From Chlorokybus atmophyticus (Eukaryota > Plantae > Mesostigma and Chlorokybus algae), in NCBI GenBank assembly GCA_009103225.1, contig RHPI01000249.1:92730-156729 (forward strand): DNA of 64,000 bases, written 5' to 3'. Positions within the stretch are counted from its first letter, which is position 1, and every line of letters starts with the position of its first letter. Position numbers and translations under genes: made by a program. Positions 46,626-58,920 of this stretch are shown here, in pieces. The notes below the pieces were generated by a model, which had not been told where the DNA came from, did no database searches, and saw nothing but the letters and a program-made list of their open reading frames with translations.

Positions 46626-49487
46626 TCAGCGCTGCGGGTGTTGCTTCACCTTCACCTTCTTGAAGACCATCATGTACAACAGCATTGGTGGTGTGCAATA
46701 GACGCTCCGCCCCTTGCTGCGCAGCAGCGTGTGCCTGAGGGTAGTGAGCAGCTTGTTCAAGGGGTGTCCATCACGCTGCATGGCGTGAATCAAATCTGTC
46801 ATGGCTGTCAGGAAGTGTGTTCTGTAGGTACACACGCGGGTGAAGCGCGCATACTGCGAGCTGATGACACCCAGCTGCACTGTGCGCGGGGTGTTTGCGG
46901 TTGGCAACGGGGCTCGGTGGTGCGGTATCGTGCTGTAGGCTGGCAAGTCCCGTTTACTGTACAGTTTGGTACAAATGCCGTCCTTTGTTTGAAACACCTC
47001 CAAGTCCAGAAACGGCACTTTCGTACCCACAGCTGTTTGTGTCACGGTGAGGCTGTCCCGTGGGTACAAGCCTCCTCCGGGTACGTGCGGTTCCATGTAG
47101 AGCAGCCGCTCAAAGTCTGGGACTCCCACGACGAAAAGGTCATCAATGTAGCGCAAGATGCCGGTGGCGCATCGCTGCAACAGTTGCACATGGCCCTGTT
47201 GTCGCAGGTGTTCCATAAAATCCAACTCATATGTCAGCAAGTCACCATTGGCTAAGTGCACCCCCGCACTGTTGCCCATGGGGATGCCCACTCGCTGCTT
47301 GTACAACTCATCACTCGCCGTGCGTATATACAAGTTGTCCAACAGAAATGCCAGCACGTTGTGCATCGACTCCGCAGTGAATGTTCTCCAGGTGCCTTTC
47401 TCGTCCGTCCGGAACTGTGCTGCTGCTGTCCACCGGTGCTGTAGCGATCTTTCGGGGTTCACGGTCAGGTGCGAGTGTGTGGCACGGGTACGCTGGTGCT
47501 GCATGCGAAATGTGGCATTGACTAAGCGGCGCATGCGCTCGAGCAGATCTGTGTGCTGTATGTGTGTATAGAGGGTGGAGAAGTCAAAAGTCCGCAGCAA
47601 CAAAGGCTGGCGCTTGTCTTGCATTGTGCGTGTGGTGTTAAATGCGGCTTGCAATCTGCCAAAAGCTCCGGAATCCTTCATAATCCAGCTGTGGTGTACT
47701 GTTGATAGCCCCACTACTTCCTCCCACAGTTGATGCCAAATGGGTGTCATGCATTGATAGCCTCTGCTCAGCCACAAACTGGCATCCGCCAGTGAACTGT
47801 CACGCGCCGCCGCGATGAAGCGTGGTTGAGGTGGAGTCATGTGTAGTTTGAACAACAAGTACAAGTGCGGCAGCTTGGGCTGTTGGTGTAATTTCGCAGT
47901 ATAGTAGTCATGCAGTTGATTCCATTGTGCATGCCGTTGCAGCACTGCCTGGGCCTGTGCATCTTCACGTTCATATGTCTCCGTCAACAAATCTTGCGTC
48001 AAGCACAGCCAGTAATGCTTCCTGCATACTGCTACCAGAGTCCCAGTGCACTTGTCCACTTCTGTAATGATAAAGTCCCGATGCAGCAACTGCAAAGCTG
48101 CAGCATCCCACGGCGCCATAGTATCCATTGCGTGGTTTACATTTTGTCCCTGGTACTCAGGCATGGCAGTTTTGGCATCCGCACGTTGGCGTACCAGCGA
48201 CAGCAACGTTGTCACCCACTGTTGCAAGACAAAAGGCAGGCCCCACTTGTCCTCTGGTTCGCTTGCAAAACGCGACACAGCAGATGTGATTGCTGGCAAA
48301 CACACAGCGACGTCAGCCGGCACCTGGCTCCGGAACTTGGCCCCACGCTGCAGTATCCCGCGCAGCACGGTGGAGCATGTCACGCGGTCGTAGTCACAGC
48401 TGACTACATGGTTCAGGTCTGCATGCAGCTGGCCTCTCCACTGCGGTTGTTGACACACGCACAGCGTTGCCGACATGACCTGCACTTGCTGCAGGGCGGT
48501 CGATGCCAGGAGGTCTCTTGTGCGATTGCAGAGCATTCTTCCCACCGATTGACTACAACGCCACACCACCAGTGGCTGGCCCAGGCGTGCTTGCAGGTGT
48601 GCGGGCAGCGTTGCCAGCAGCAAGGGGTGTGATAGTAGCTTTTGCAGTTGCAGTTCATCAGCTGCGCCATTGGCAAATGGGCATGCTATCAGCAGCCTTG
48701 CACTGCGGGTTTGCGGTAATGCAGTTGGGTAGTTGGCAAGCAGACGCTGCAGGGTTTCTGTGAGTGTAGCAGCATGACTGGGTAGCACGCGCAGGTCCTG
48801 CGGCGCTGTATGCAGTAGCACATTCAACATCTTGCACAAGTTCAGCTGCTTGAACTTCAGCAGATTGGCAAGGGTCAGGCGCTGTTGTTGTACTCGCTCA
48901 GCCAGTCTTTGGATGCGCCTAAAGAAGTCTCTGTAGCCAAAAATTCTGCCTGGTTGTTCATGCGGTCGTGGTTGTGGTTGCCTCCTCAACTGCTGGCGTC
49001 TCCAGTGTGGTAGTCTCGCACTTTTGTAGGGGCCATGTTCCACATTGTATCCGCGTGGTACATGTGTACGCAAACGCTGCGTCCACAACCACTCTTTCTG
49101 TGCAGCCCGGTGGTGCCAAGCATCATTGGTTTCATTGGGCAAGGGAGGTATGTACTCTATTGGTGACACTCCCCACGACTGCACGGGTATCTTGCACATG
49201 GTTTGTTCCAGCACAGTAGCAGTCGGACGATGTGCAGCTTCCGAATGCCCTTGATACCGCTCAAATGCCGAATTCACTGTCATGCTCACGTAACACTTCT
49301 TCGCGCCAGTCAGCAGATATATCACATAAATGACATGGTTGTCCTCGGTCGGTGACAGGCACCAGGGCGTGTGCAAAATGTGCAGCACTCGCTTGCGTAA
49401 TCTTCTCAACACTGGCAGCTGCCAATGCCAATGCACGTCCAACACTCGCGCTTTGATGCTCTGCCAATCCCTTGCCGGTGATGCCAT
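46626..49487 (-). CDS. PLE polyprotein: GIY-YIG endonuclease - linker - reverse transcriptase - thumb
   Basis: VIYVIYLL..KCYVSMT..AFERYQGH..KEWLWTQRL..RGYN (GIY-YIG). Linker CVC..HADLNHVVSCD. RT motifs LPHLYLLFKLH..PRFIAA, TFDFSTLYT, YKQRVGIPMGNSAGVHLAN, RYIDDLF and VPFLDL. Confidence 0.95.
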   Translation of the reverse strand: MASPARDWQSIKARVLDVHWHWQLPVLRRLRKRVLHILHTPWCLSPTEDNHVIYVIYLLTGAKKCYVSMTVNSAFERYQGHSEAAHRPTATVLEQTMCKIPVQSWGVSPIEYIPPLPNETNDAWHHRAAQKEWLWTQRLRTHVPRGYNVEHGPYKSARLPHWRRQQLRRQPQPRPHEQPGRIFGYRDFFRRIQRLAERVQQQRLTLANLLKFKQLNLCKMLNVLLHTAPQDLRVLPSHAATLTETLQRLLANYPTALPQTRSARLLIACPFANGAADELQLQKLLSHPLLLATLPAHLQARLGQPLVVWRCSQSVGRMLCNRTRDLLASTALQQVQVMSATLCVCQQPQWRGQLHADLNHVVSCDYDRVTCSTVLRGILQRGAKFRSQVPADVAVCLPAITSAVSRFASEPEDKWGLPFVLQQWVTTLLSLVRQRADAKTAMPEYQGQNVNHAMDTMAPWDAAALQLLHRDFIITEVDKCTGTLVAVCRKHYWLCLTQDLLTETYEREDAQAQAVLQRHAQWNQLHDYYTAKLHQQPKLPHLYLLFKLHMTPPQPRFIAAARDSSLADASLWLSRGYQCMTPIWHQLWEEVVGLSTVHHSWIMKDSGAFGRLQAAFNTTRTMQDKRQPLLLRTFDFSTLYTHIQHTDLLERMRRLVNATFRMQHQRTRATHSHLTVNPERSLQHRWTAAAQFRTDEKGTWRTFTAESMHNVLAFLLDNLYIRTASDELYKQRVGIPMGNSAGVHLANGDLLTYELDFMEHLRQQGHVQLLQRCATGILRYIDDLFVVGVPDFERLLYMEPHVPGGGLYPRDSLTVTQTAVGTKVPFLDLEVFQTKDGICTKLYSKRDLPAYSTIPHHRAPLPTANTPRTVQLGVISSQYARFTRVCTYRTHFLTAMTDLIHAMQRDGHPLNKLLTTLRHTLLRSKGRSVYCTPPMLLYMMVFKKVKVKQHPQR

Positions 49488-49770
49488 GGCGCTGTTCCCT
49501 TCGCAGCACTGCTATGTATGATCAAACGGGGTGGGCACTATTTCTAGCTAACAACACAGCAGCTGTCTAGATTAGTTCAACATGCAGAGTGCTCCCGGCC
49601 AAGCACTCACAACATACAGAGCGCATGCCACTCATGACATTCAGGACATCACAACGCATATGTGGCATGCACGAACCCATGCCGAAGCATAGGGTAGCCA
49701 GCCGCTTACCCAAAATGGCGCAAGCGCGCTGGCCTCTGGCTTGGGACGGTCGGACTGACCAACCAGGGCA

Positions 49771-50283
49771 GTGTGTGTAACATATATGCAATGTTATGCA
49801 TGTGACCCCATTGCATTGTGAACATGACATGCACACACACACGCACACTCGCACACGCCAGCAAACAACTTCTTACACCACCGGGCTACCTATACAAACT
49901 AGGTAGCTACTTTCGCTAAGCCCTTGCCCCGTTAGTCAACATGCATGCGTAGTTACCTGTACACAAGTAGAGTCCCCACAGTTAGGCACCGGTGTGGCTG
50001 TAGTTGTGGCAGCAGCACAAAGCAGACGGACTCCCCCTCCCTCTGCTCTCTCGCTCTCTCTCCACCCGCCGCCCTGCTTCTCTCTTGGCAGTCTGCGCCC
50101 CTGCTGCTGTTGACGCTGCCAGGGTTGCAGTGTCAACGTCAGCAGTACGCAACTGCGTGCAAGGCTGTCGCGACTTGCCCGCATGGTCGTCAGTGGCTGA
50201 ATGTCGCATGCTGTGCCAGTGCAGTCGGTTGTGGTTTGAGGCTGGCAGTCTGGTGCTGCGGTGGGGTTGGGTGGTGGGGTTGG
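49771..50283 (-). repeat. PLE terminal direct repeat (pLTR), upstream copy
   Basis: Matches 46015-46525. Confidence 0.95.
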
Positions 50284-51181
50284 GTGATTGTACACCGTGA
50301 CTGCCTCATCTCGACCTTAGTTCATATGCTTGGTTGCTTGCTACGTTGCCCTAGATAGAAGCACACCCACTTCTTAGAGCTCGAGTGTGCTTCGCGTAGC
50401 TCTTCCACCCCCGTTGCTGCTTGAGGGTCTGGATTGGTTGTTGAATTAAACATAGAGTCCGTCTTTCTAAAGCTCCTTGGCCCCCACCTACTCTAGTTGC
50501 TTGCTTGCGTGTGTTTATGCTTGTGTAGATGCTTGTGCCATGTGTTTGCACACCCCTCGTTATCGGAGTGTGCTTCGCGCAACTCTGCAGTAAGTTATGT
50601 GCGTGCGTTGTCAGTGCTGCCATCTGTTACTATCATTTGGGCTAAGCATGACCAGAATTATACCTTGCACTCTCACTCTCAACACTTGTATTTGCCACCA
50701 TTGCATGTGTACAACATACAATGCAATTATTCGCGGCATGCACGATTTGCACAATAAGCATGCAACCACCATCACCATCACCAAGCATTTACAATAGCCG
50801 CCGGAGTATCTACCTAGTCCCTACATCCTTACATGCATGACATATGCCAGGCATGCAATTGAACCACCAAGCATTTACAATCACCACCGGGGTATCTACC
50901 TAGTCCCTACCTCGCTACCTTCACTACCACCCTCAACCCCGTTAAGCATACATGCATGTACGTGTCAATGTAATTACCTGCACAGCATTGGCGGTTTTCA
51001 GCTTCGCCGCAGTAGCAGCACGGAAATAGCAGCAACACGCAGTGCAGCACTCTGACTCCCTCCCTCCCCTCCTCCCTTCTTCCCTCACGGCCCTTTCTCT
51101 CTCTCCTCCGCTCTCTCCTCTGTGTTCCAAAACGTGAGGGCTCTGTTGTAGGCATGTTTGTACATCATGTCATGGCATCTT

Positions 51182-53274
51182 TCAACTCAAGGCAGCAACC
51201 GCAGTCACAATGTCAAACAGGAGCTCCTTGTCCAAACACTCAACCATCCGATGCACCAGCTCGTGGAAATGCCGCACAACGTGTGCGGTTGCGTGCGCTT
51301 GCAGCCGTGTGTACTTCAAATCTTTGGCCAACTGGAGCATAGGCAAAACGACATCGGGGGTGGTGTGCGTGCTCTCACATAATCTGCGAACCAACAAGTC
51401 CTCGCATGTGTCCCCGAGATGCAGCAGCATTGCCAGTCGGGCGTAATTCAGCAGCTCAACGGCTGCAACAGTTGTGATGTGGGGAGGGATACCGTCTGTG
51501 GCCAAATACTGCAGAACATATTCGAACACCTGACACGAAACCTGTTCCTGAATTATGATCACGCCTTCAACGGCGTGCTTTAGCAGCGCAGCAAAATACT
51601 CGCTCCTTTGCACAAGGATGCAGCGCACTGCCTGCATCTGCATTGAAGAGATGTTACAGCAAGGCAAGAGTGTTTTGCAACAAAGGATGTGTTAACTGTG
51701 CTTACAGTGAAGCCGTGGACATTAAAAGTGGCCACGCCCTGGTTCGCCTCAGCAATCGCTGGCACGGCAAGCATGTCCTTGACAAAAGTGGATTTCAGGC
51801 GCAAGCACGACTGCGGTAGGCTGATGCATCTTATGCAATGTCCGTCCGTGGCGTACACGACACCGCGCCGCACATCCAATGCGAGCTTCTGTAAGTCCAT
51901 AAACCTTGCTGCCAACAGTGTTCAGTTGTAAGTCACAACAAGTTCTCACATGCACACACGTGCACACAGACGCGCACATGCACTCATGCAAGCGCGCTCA
52001 CATGTGCACGTGTGCTCACGCTGTTCGCAAATCGTGCGCGCACAAGTATACTACACATACATGCTGCTCTGTTTTGACAGGAGGTCGAGCACCCCAATGC
52101 TACAACGGCAGAGCGCGTACATGCAAAATAAAGCATAAAGCAGTAGTAACAATGTCATTTGCAGATACCCAAACAGGTGACGTTTGTGGTTACCTGCCAA
52201 ACCAACGCCGTCAACATGCGCCGGGTCCTCTTCACCATCATCATCTGGGTGCATAAACTCCTTGCCTCTGTTCCAAGCGCCCGCAACTCGCAAGACCTCA
52301 TTGCCGTTGGGTGAGCCGTGGTACACAGAAATGTCACCGTGTGACATAAGCAGGGAGCAGTCCGGTAGGACAACAATGCTTTGTACGTAATAGTCCTTTT
52401 TGCGGAACGTGTGGTACCTTGATAACACGTGGTTCGTGTGCTGGACGTCTTCACCTGCTGACACATGCATCGGGGAGAGCCTCCAGACTCTGTCGTAGGC
52501 GTTGTGTGCATGGCTGTTAAAGTTGTCAGCGCCGCCTATGTACAACACTCCCGTGGGCGAGCACGCGAGTGCGCAGGGCTCGTAACAGCTGCCCCTTTGG
52601 TTGTTTGCATCTGCCTGTGGCGGCTTATCAATGCTGGCAACCTTGTGCGTGTCCAGATCCACGTGCCAGATGCCACATCTTTCGCCATACTCTCCATGGC
52701 CAATGAGAAGGCTGTTGTCTGCGTGGTCGCACGTCAGCGTGTTGATGATGTTGTTGAAACTATGGTCAACCTCTTCATCATCGCTGTCGATATCTTTAGA
52801 ATGATCCATCTCTCTAAAGTGACCCCTCCCGTTGAAGGAGCTCACATGGCCTGAGGGCGCTATACGCCTGACCATGAATTCGCCTTGGTTGACATATACA
52901 CAGCCGCGAGCATCGACTGCGAGCGCGCTCGGGTTGCTGAACTCAATGCGAGTGTTGGCAGGGTGGCCATCGCTGTGGCCTTCGTGCGTGCTCCCCGCAA
53001 AGGTTGTGACGCTGCCCGTGTTTAAGCATAGCTTGCGCACGCGGTGGTTCCCTCTGTCTGCGATATACAAACAACCTGCCTCAGGGCTTACAGCCAACCC
53101 AGCAGGGTGGTTGAAACGCGCCTCTGGCGCCGAACAGCTGGCAATGAAACCCTCCGCTTCTCCCCCCGCTATTGTCCATACCGTCCATGGCGCTCGCTTC
53201 CGCCCAAGGTCCGCACCGAACGAAAACATTTCCTGTGGACATATGTTGATGAAGATGGTCTCTGGCCTCAGCAA
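51182..53274 (-). CDS. NHL-repeat beta-propeller + BTB/POZ(-BACK) protein
   Basis: NHL repeats ARFNHPAGLAVSPEAGCLYIADRGNHRVRKL and IEFSNPSALAVDARGCVYV. BTB: RCILVQRSEYFAALL..VFEYVLQYLATD..VELLNYARLAML..LGDTCE. Large first exon (~52160-53274). Start is 53274 or ATG 53229. Confidence 0.85.
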
Positions 53275-55109
53275 GCTAATATGGACTTGCTAGCGGCTCA
53301 TGTGGAAAACAACTCTGCACTACTAAGCGCAACCTTTAGCTGACCTCTTGGTTTGAGGATGACGTCAGTTGATGCCAGCGGAAATGTTGTTTGTTCCTTA
53401 CAGTTGTGTTGCTGTCGCTCTCTACAACTTGGCGCCATGCGCTAGATGCGCTTCAGCTGGAAGTTGCGCAGTATGCCTGTGCACTATCAAGGCATGCATG
53501 AGTGTGTGCATGTAGCAATGCGTGCGTTGCATGTGTCTCTTGTACTGCATGGACAAAACACAGCACGTGTGCATGCCACCATGTCAGCATGTAACGAAAG
53601 TACTTGTGCATGCGATGGACACCCAGCTCCAGACATACAACCACAAAGCAACCAATCCGCTCGCATGTCCGTCAATGCACTCTCTTGCTACAAATATGAA
53701 GAGCTGTGCTGCCTGAGACTGCACAGAGTGTCAACACACATGAGCGGGATTACAGGATTCAGCTGTTGAGTTGGTCAGGAGTTCTGGCTTGCTCAAAGGA
53801 CTGCAACGACAGTGGCAGTTTTGGCTACTACTCACCTTTTAATGCCTGCTTGTGTAGCGCTTCATGCATGGTTCGAGCGTCGCTTCAATAATGCTGCACC
53901 AACCAGCATCACAGTCACTACTAGCATCGTGCTAGGCCTGCTCGCTTGTGTGCGTGGAAGGGCTCGTGTGATAGGGCTTACACGCGCATGTGCGTATGTA
54001 GCTGTGTTTGAGCATGCTGCCTTTCGGCGCGGTAGTACTAACCTACTTTCAAGCTGCGGTGACCCCCTACCACACGGCATGCACACTGTTGTCCACATCT
54101 CTCACACCAACACAAGCCCATTGTTGCAAGGTTGTCATCGTGGTAGCAGCATGGCGGGCAACACACCATGCAGCAAACACATACAGACAAGCAAGCAGGC
54201 GGCAGTTGTTACAAGCCGAAAACGTTGCATGCATAGACTAGCATGCATTGTTTGAAACAAAAGATCACAAGCAACAACTGCTGCCTGCTTGCTTGTGCCT
54301 AGGCAGCTATGCCGGCGACCTCAAACACAGCGCACCTTCATTCCGCTCGCCATCGCCGCTGCTCCCCCCTTCTGCAACCAGCGCAACACTGACCCAAAGC
54401 AATTGCGAGAGCACGAGCACGAGGAGGAGCACGGGGAGGAGCTGGAAACGGTAGCGGCAACAGGTCTGCTGTCAGACCTGTCACTCAAGTGGAAGAGGGG
54501 GGGGCTGGCCTAGGCCGCAAGCACGAGAATACAGTACGAGAATACAGTACTTGATACATGATATACACATTTGCACATCATCGACCGTAATTCCAGTATG
54601 TGTAGTCCGATAAGTTGTTGGCAATAACGCCAACAGATGCTGCAGCCTCTTTTGCCGCGTAATACACTGCTGGCATTGTACCAACCTGCTGGCATTGTAT
54701 GTATTTGCATTTGTATCATGCTTTGTGACCTCCACGAGCGCACATCCGGCACATTCTAATGCCGGCGGGCCACCATCATTATGGTGGTAGCTGCAGCGCA
54801 TGCACGCCCCACTTTGCGCGTGCACAATACACAGCATGTAGCTCTTAAAGACATTGCTTGCGAATAGTCTACTATATAATGGTGTTTTAGAATAGTAGCA
54901 TTGGACACCACACACATCAATCGTCGGTTGGCATCCGTGTAATTTATTCATGCATACTACGTACTGAAGACGCTATACGATTCATTGTAAGGCTGATCGC
55001 CCAGGGCCAGACCTTTCTCTAACAACTTAGCTAGCTCATGCAACCAAGCACTAGCATACATGTGCATACAGTATCTGTCATACAACAGTCTATGCAAAAC
55101 AGCACTACT

Positions 55110-55300
55110 CGGTTTTTAAGCAGGAAATGTCCCAGGTCCTTCTCGTCGTAGCAGGCTCCCAAAGACACACCCGTGAAGAAGGCTCCTCAAGTCTTCCTTC
55201 GCACACAGCTCCCAATACGGCTCACAGCCTACCCAACATAGAGCAGGGGGAAGGCCCCTTGCACAGCTACCGCCAAGCACCCCTCACACAGCAGTAAGCA
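55110..55300 (-). pseudogene. Possible LINE ORF2 C-terminal zinc-knuckle remnant
   Basis: Broken frame reading ..GACYDEKDLGHFLLK resembles the C..C..EDL.HFLL.C motif at LINE ends. Heavily decayed. Confidence 0.3.
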
Positions 55301-56692
55301 TAAGGAGTCCCACAATTGTGATTGTCTGGACACTACCAGCAATCTTCTTATATCCTCCTGCCCTCCCACTTAGCCACATGTTGGCAGCAGAGGTGCTCCT
55401 TATTAGCCAGCTGGCTAAGTGCCTTCTTTACCACGCGTGCTGACCTTAGTCATATGCTCCGCCACCTAAGGCTTTACAGCTAACAGTTAAAACACATCAC
55501 TTGACAGCTGAGTGCCTGCTTGTCTTAGCCGAGCACCCTTACGCGGATGATACCAACGCGGGGTTGTCCTCACATGAGGCAACAGAGCATGTCACATCAT
55601 GTCACAAGCATGACAAGCAAACATTCAATAAGCATAGTACATGCATGACCAACTGTAGCATACCACATGGGCAATGTTGACAGCGACCACATGGTTATGT
55701 ACACCAGTCATCTGGACATATACCTTGACTACTGCCCTTTACCCTGTCAACATACATGCATGCATAGCAAACATGGCAACTCAAGCAAAAAGGGGCCAAT
55801 GTAGAGCAAGCAAACACACCGCACAATGCATACAATTTCTGTGGGGGAAGGTATAGTTGTAGCAGACTCTACTATAGTTAGGACACAACATCAACTACGA
55901 CCCTCAAGCAGCAACGGACAAGTGTGAGGGATGGGCGAGAAGGAGATAGCAGTGAGCACCACCGAGCACGGCGAGCTGCGGGCCGGCCCCCGCAACGCCG
56001 CAGGCGAGATCGTGCTGAATCCACTAATCACCGTGGCGGCGGTGGTGGCGACATCTATGAGGGTGTCCTTGCACTCCTTCGCAGCAGGAAGGACATGTCT
56101 ACATGTCAAAATATCTGTGCAAAGTGCAAACTGTCATGTAGCGTCCATGATGCAGCTTTGGCAGTATCAACAAATAGCAGACCAATTTCCCCTCCCCCTC
56201 CTCTCCTCTGCTCCACCACCACCCTCCTCTTCTGCCTCCGTCTCTCCCACTGCTGCTCTATCAGCACTTGCAGTGCTAAGTGCTATGCGCACAGCCCGGC
56301 CTTGTATTAATTGCTGCACTCTTCAACTTTATGCCAATGTAACCACTTATGTATTACCTAATTTGAAAACCAGCCAGCGCCAAAGCGTAATTCTGCACTA
56401 AACTGCAACCAGCAATGTACAACTTCTTTATTACTACTGCTTTTCTAGTTCCCTCAATGCATGCTCACGTTTGAGCCACGCTCAGTGGTACGCCGCTGCA
56501 AGAGAACTTAACAACTATCACCAACTAGCTAGATTGCATTCCTAGACAATGATAGAGATGTCATGCACTACTATGTCAGGCAGAGGTCAGTGCACCAGCG
56601 CTAATGATCGAATCTCTACGCACCTTGCTTGTATTCACATGTAGCAACCACTAATGATCCCATCTCTACGCACCGCGAATAAGGCTCACATA

Positions 56693-58660
56693 TTAGCCTG
56701 GGTCTTCCCCGAGAAGCCAGCCGGCTCCGAAGGTGACAAGCATGGCCAACACGCCCCCAATGACCGTGCGCAAGGCCGCGCCGAGAAGCCTCGCACCGCC
56801 CAAGTATGCCCCAACTCCGCCGGATAGTGCCAGTGTCGCGGTCACGATACCTCCCGTTATGTACAGCCTCAGCCACTGCATACCAAAGTTGAGAGCCTAT
56901 ACAGATAAAATTCTGCTTGTGCGCGCGTGCATATGTGTGTGGTGTCTGGGACATGGTACTCACCTCTGGCGATGCCAGTATGGCAAGGAGCGGGATCATT
57001 GCGCCCAGCGAGAATGAGATGAACGAGACCACAGCAGCTTGAAGCGGGCGAGCCTGAACGACAAGCAAACACAAAGAGCAACAAGTTCAATGGCCACATC
57101 ACTGCCTTGATGGGTGAAGTTGCTGCATACTACTCTGCTGCATGTCATGGCCTTGCGGTTGACTTACCTGAGAGACCTCAGTGATGCCCAACTCGTCGCG
57201 CATGTGCGCCGCCACAGCATCCCTCTTGGACAACTCCACTGCAACCTGGACAATGACGACAACAACAACATCAGCACTACGGGTGGAGCCATTGATATGA
57301 TTCATTGACTCATTCACTTGAATATTGCAACATAGACATGGGTAAACACCACATACCTGACGAGCGAGGTCGTAGGGCAGTCCTCGTGCAGCATAGATGC
57401 GTGTAAGCTCCTCCAACTCATACCTTCATGAACACGCGCGAAGAGTGTGAAACGACAATACAAAGTGTTGTTTATATAATGAGCGAGAGAAGGGCGAGTG
57501 AAAACACTCACTGAGGGTCTTTTCTGTGCTCCTCCTGCTCTTTCTTCAGATCCGCGAGCTCGGAGTCCGACTGGCTCGAGACAGACACGTACTCGCCGCA
57601 TGCCATGCTCATTGCACCCGCTATCCATCCCGACACACCCGCAGTCAAGATCTGTGACCAACAATATAACGCGAAACTCACATCAACAACTACAATTGCA
57701 TCGCTTGATGTGACTTGAGAGTGTTTTACCCACAAGCTTTTCATGGACAAAGCATACGACTGGTAGAAATTGTCTGCTGCTTGCTATGAGAGTGGGTTTC
57801 CAGTGCAGTCATAGAATACACGCATACATGCGCGCATGCATGCGCACGCATAAGTCAGACACGCGTCCGCACACACCCGCACAGACACATGCAGTCACAC
57901 CCGCAATACACACACGCGTGCGCATTAGCACACGCACAGGCGCACACACCCACATATGCACGCGCACTGCAATGTGACTGGTGGAGACTCTCTGCTGCTT
58001 ACAATGCCATGCTTGGAGTCCGTGCTTCAGTTGCAATTGCATGACACATGCACGCACGCACACATGCGCATGCACAGACAAAGACGCACGCATACACGAG
58101 CGTGCGCGCACACATGTGCACACGCACACGCACGCATGCATGCAGAAACACACGCACACAACATGAACATGCAGCCACACACGCACACAACATGAACACG
58201 CGCACGTGCAGCCATACGCGCGCGCCTGCACACACACACACGCATGCACGCATGCCTACCTGAGAGCGCCCAGCGCGGGCAGCAATGACGCCAAGTATGA
58301 GACTGGCAGTGGAAACGATGCCGTCGTTGGCACCCAGCACCATCGCTCTCAGCCACCCTGAGCGCTGAGACAAGTGCGTCTCCCCATACTCCTGCAAATG
58401 GGAACTGTTACCACACACCAACGCCCACAGCAACATTGACGACGAGAAGAAGGCGAAGAAGTAGGAGGAGTAGGAGGGTAGGAGGTGTGGCACAGCAATG
58501 CCTTGAGCCCTGCCCTGCCTACCTTGATGTGGCGGATCTCGTATGAGTCGTTGCGGTCCAGCGTGCGCTTGTCAGCGCCGGCGGCGGCGTCATTGCCAGC
58601 GGAGCCTTCCTCAATGCTGTCTAGCAGAGGCTCCCTGGCTCCATCCCCAGCACCTGGCAT
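56693..58660 (-). CDS. VIT1: Vacuolar iron/manganese transporter (VIT1/CCC1 family), multi-exon
   Basis: HLSQRSGWLRAMVLGANDGIVSTASLILGV, AGAMSMACGEYVSVSSQSDSE, ELEELTRIYAARGL, HMRDELGI, PLQAAVVSFISFSLGAMIPLL and AALRTVIGGVLAMLVTFGAG. Confidence 0.93.
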
Positions 58661-58860
58661 CGTCACCCGCTGCCACCGCCACCACCGCCGCCGCCGCCGC
58701 GCCCGCGACTCTTCGCGTTGACGCCTGCCACTGGATCCTACGTGGCCATGCAGATGGATCTCTGAGGAAGATTCATTTATGCTCTCTTCCCGGGACTCCC
58801 GAACAAGCAAGAAAAGCAAAAACCAATGAATACATGAACGGAATGACAAAGCAAACACTT

Positions 58861-58920
58861 GGAGTTACGACGCGTGACCGTGAACCTTTGTGACGTAACT
58901 GTAGTGACGTCACTGGGGAG
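58861..58920. promoter_or_regulatory. Paired TGACGT motifs in the divergent VIT1/PRP28 promoter
   Basis: TGACGTA at 58891-58897 and TGACGTCA at 58905-58912. Confidence 0.5.

Larger units (their letters stand above)
46015..50283 (-). mobile_element. Penelope-like retroelement (PLE), N-terminal GIY-YIG type (Naiad/Chlamys-like), apparently full length
   Basis: A single 953-aa ORF lies between near-identical direct repeats at 46015-46525 and 49771-50283. Confidence 0.92.

Noticed and set aside
46626-49487. Selenocysteine recoding as reported for some Naiad PLEs
   Set aside because: The ORF has no internal in-frame TGA.
50187-50193. CUGACGA hammerhead core on the pLTR sense strand (also 46429-46435)
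   Set aside because: It is not followed by stem II and GAAA (the downstream sequence reads CGACA), and the putative stem overlaps the core.
53340-54513. Possible small plus-strand gene ending ...EHEHEEEHGEELETVAATGLLSDLSLKWKRGGLA
   Set aside because: The last segment looks exon-like, but I could not build a supported spliced model or assign a family.
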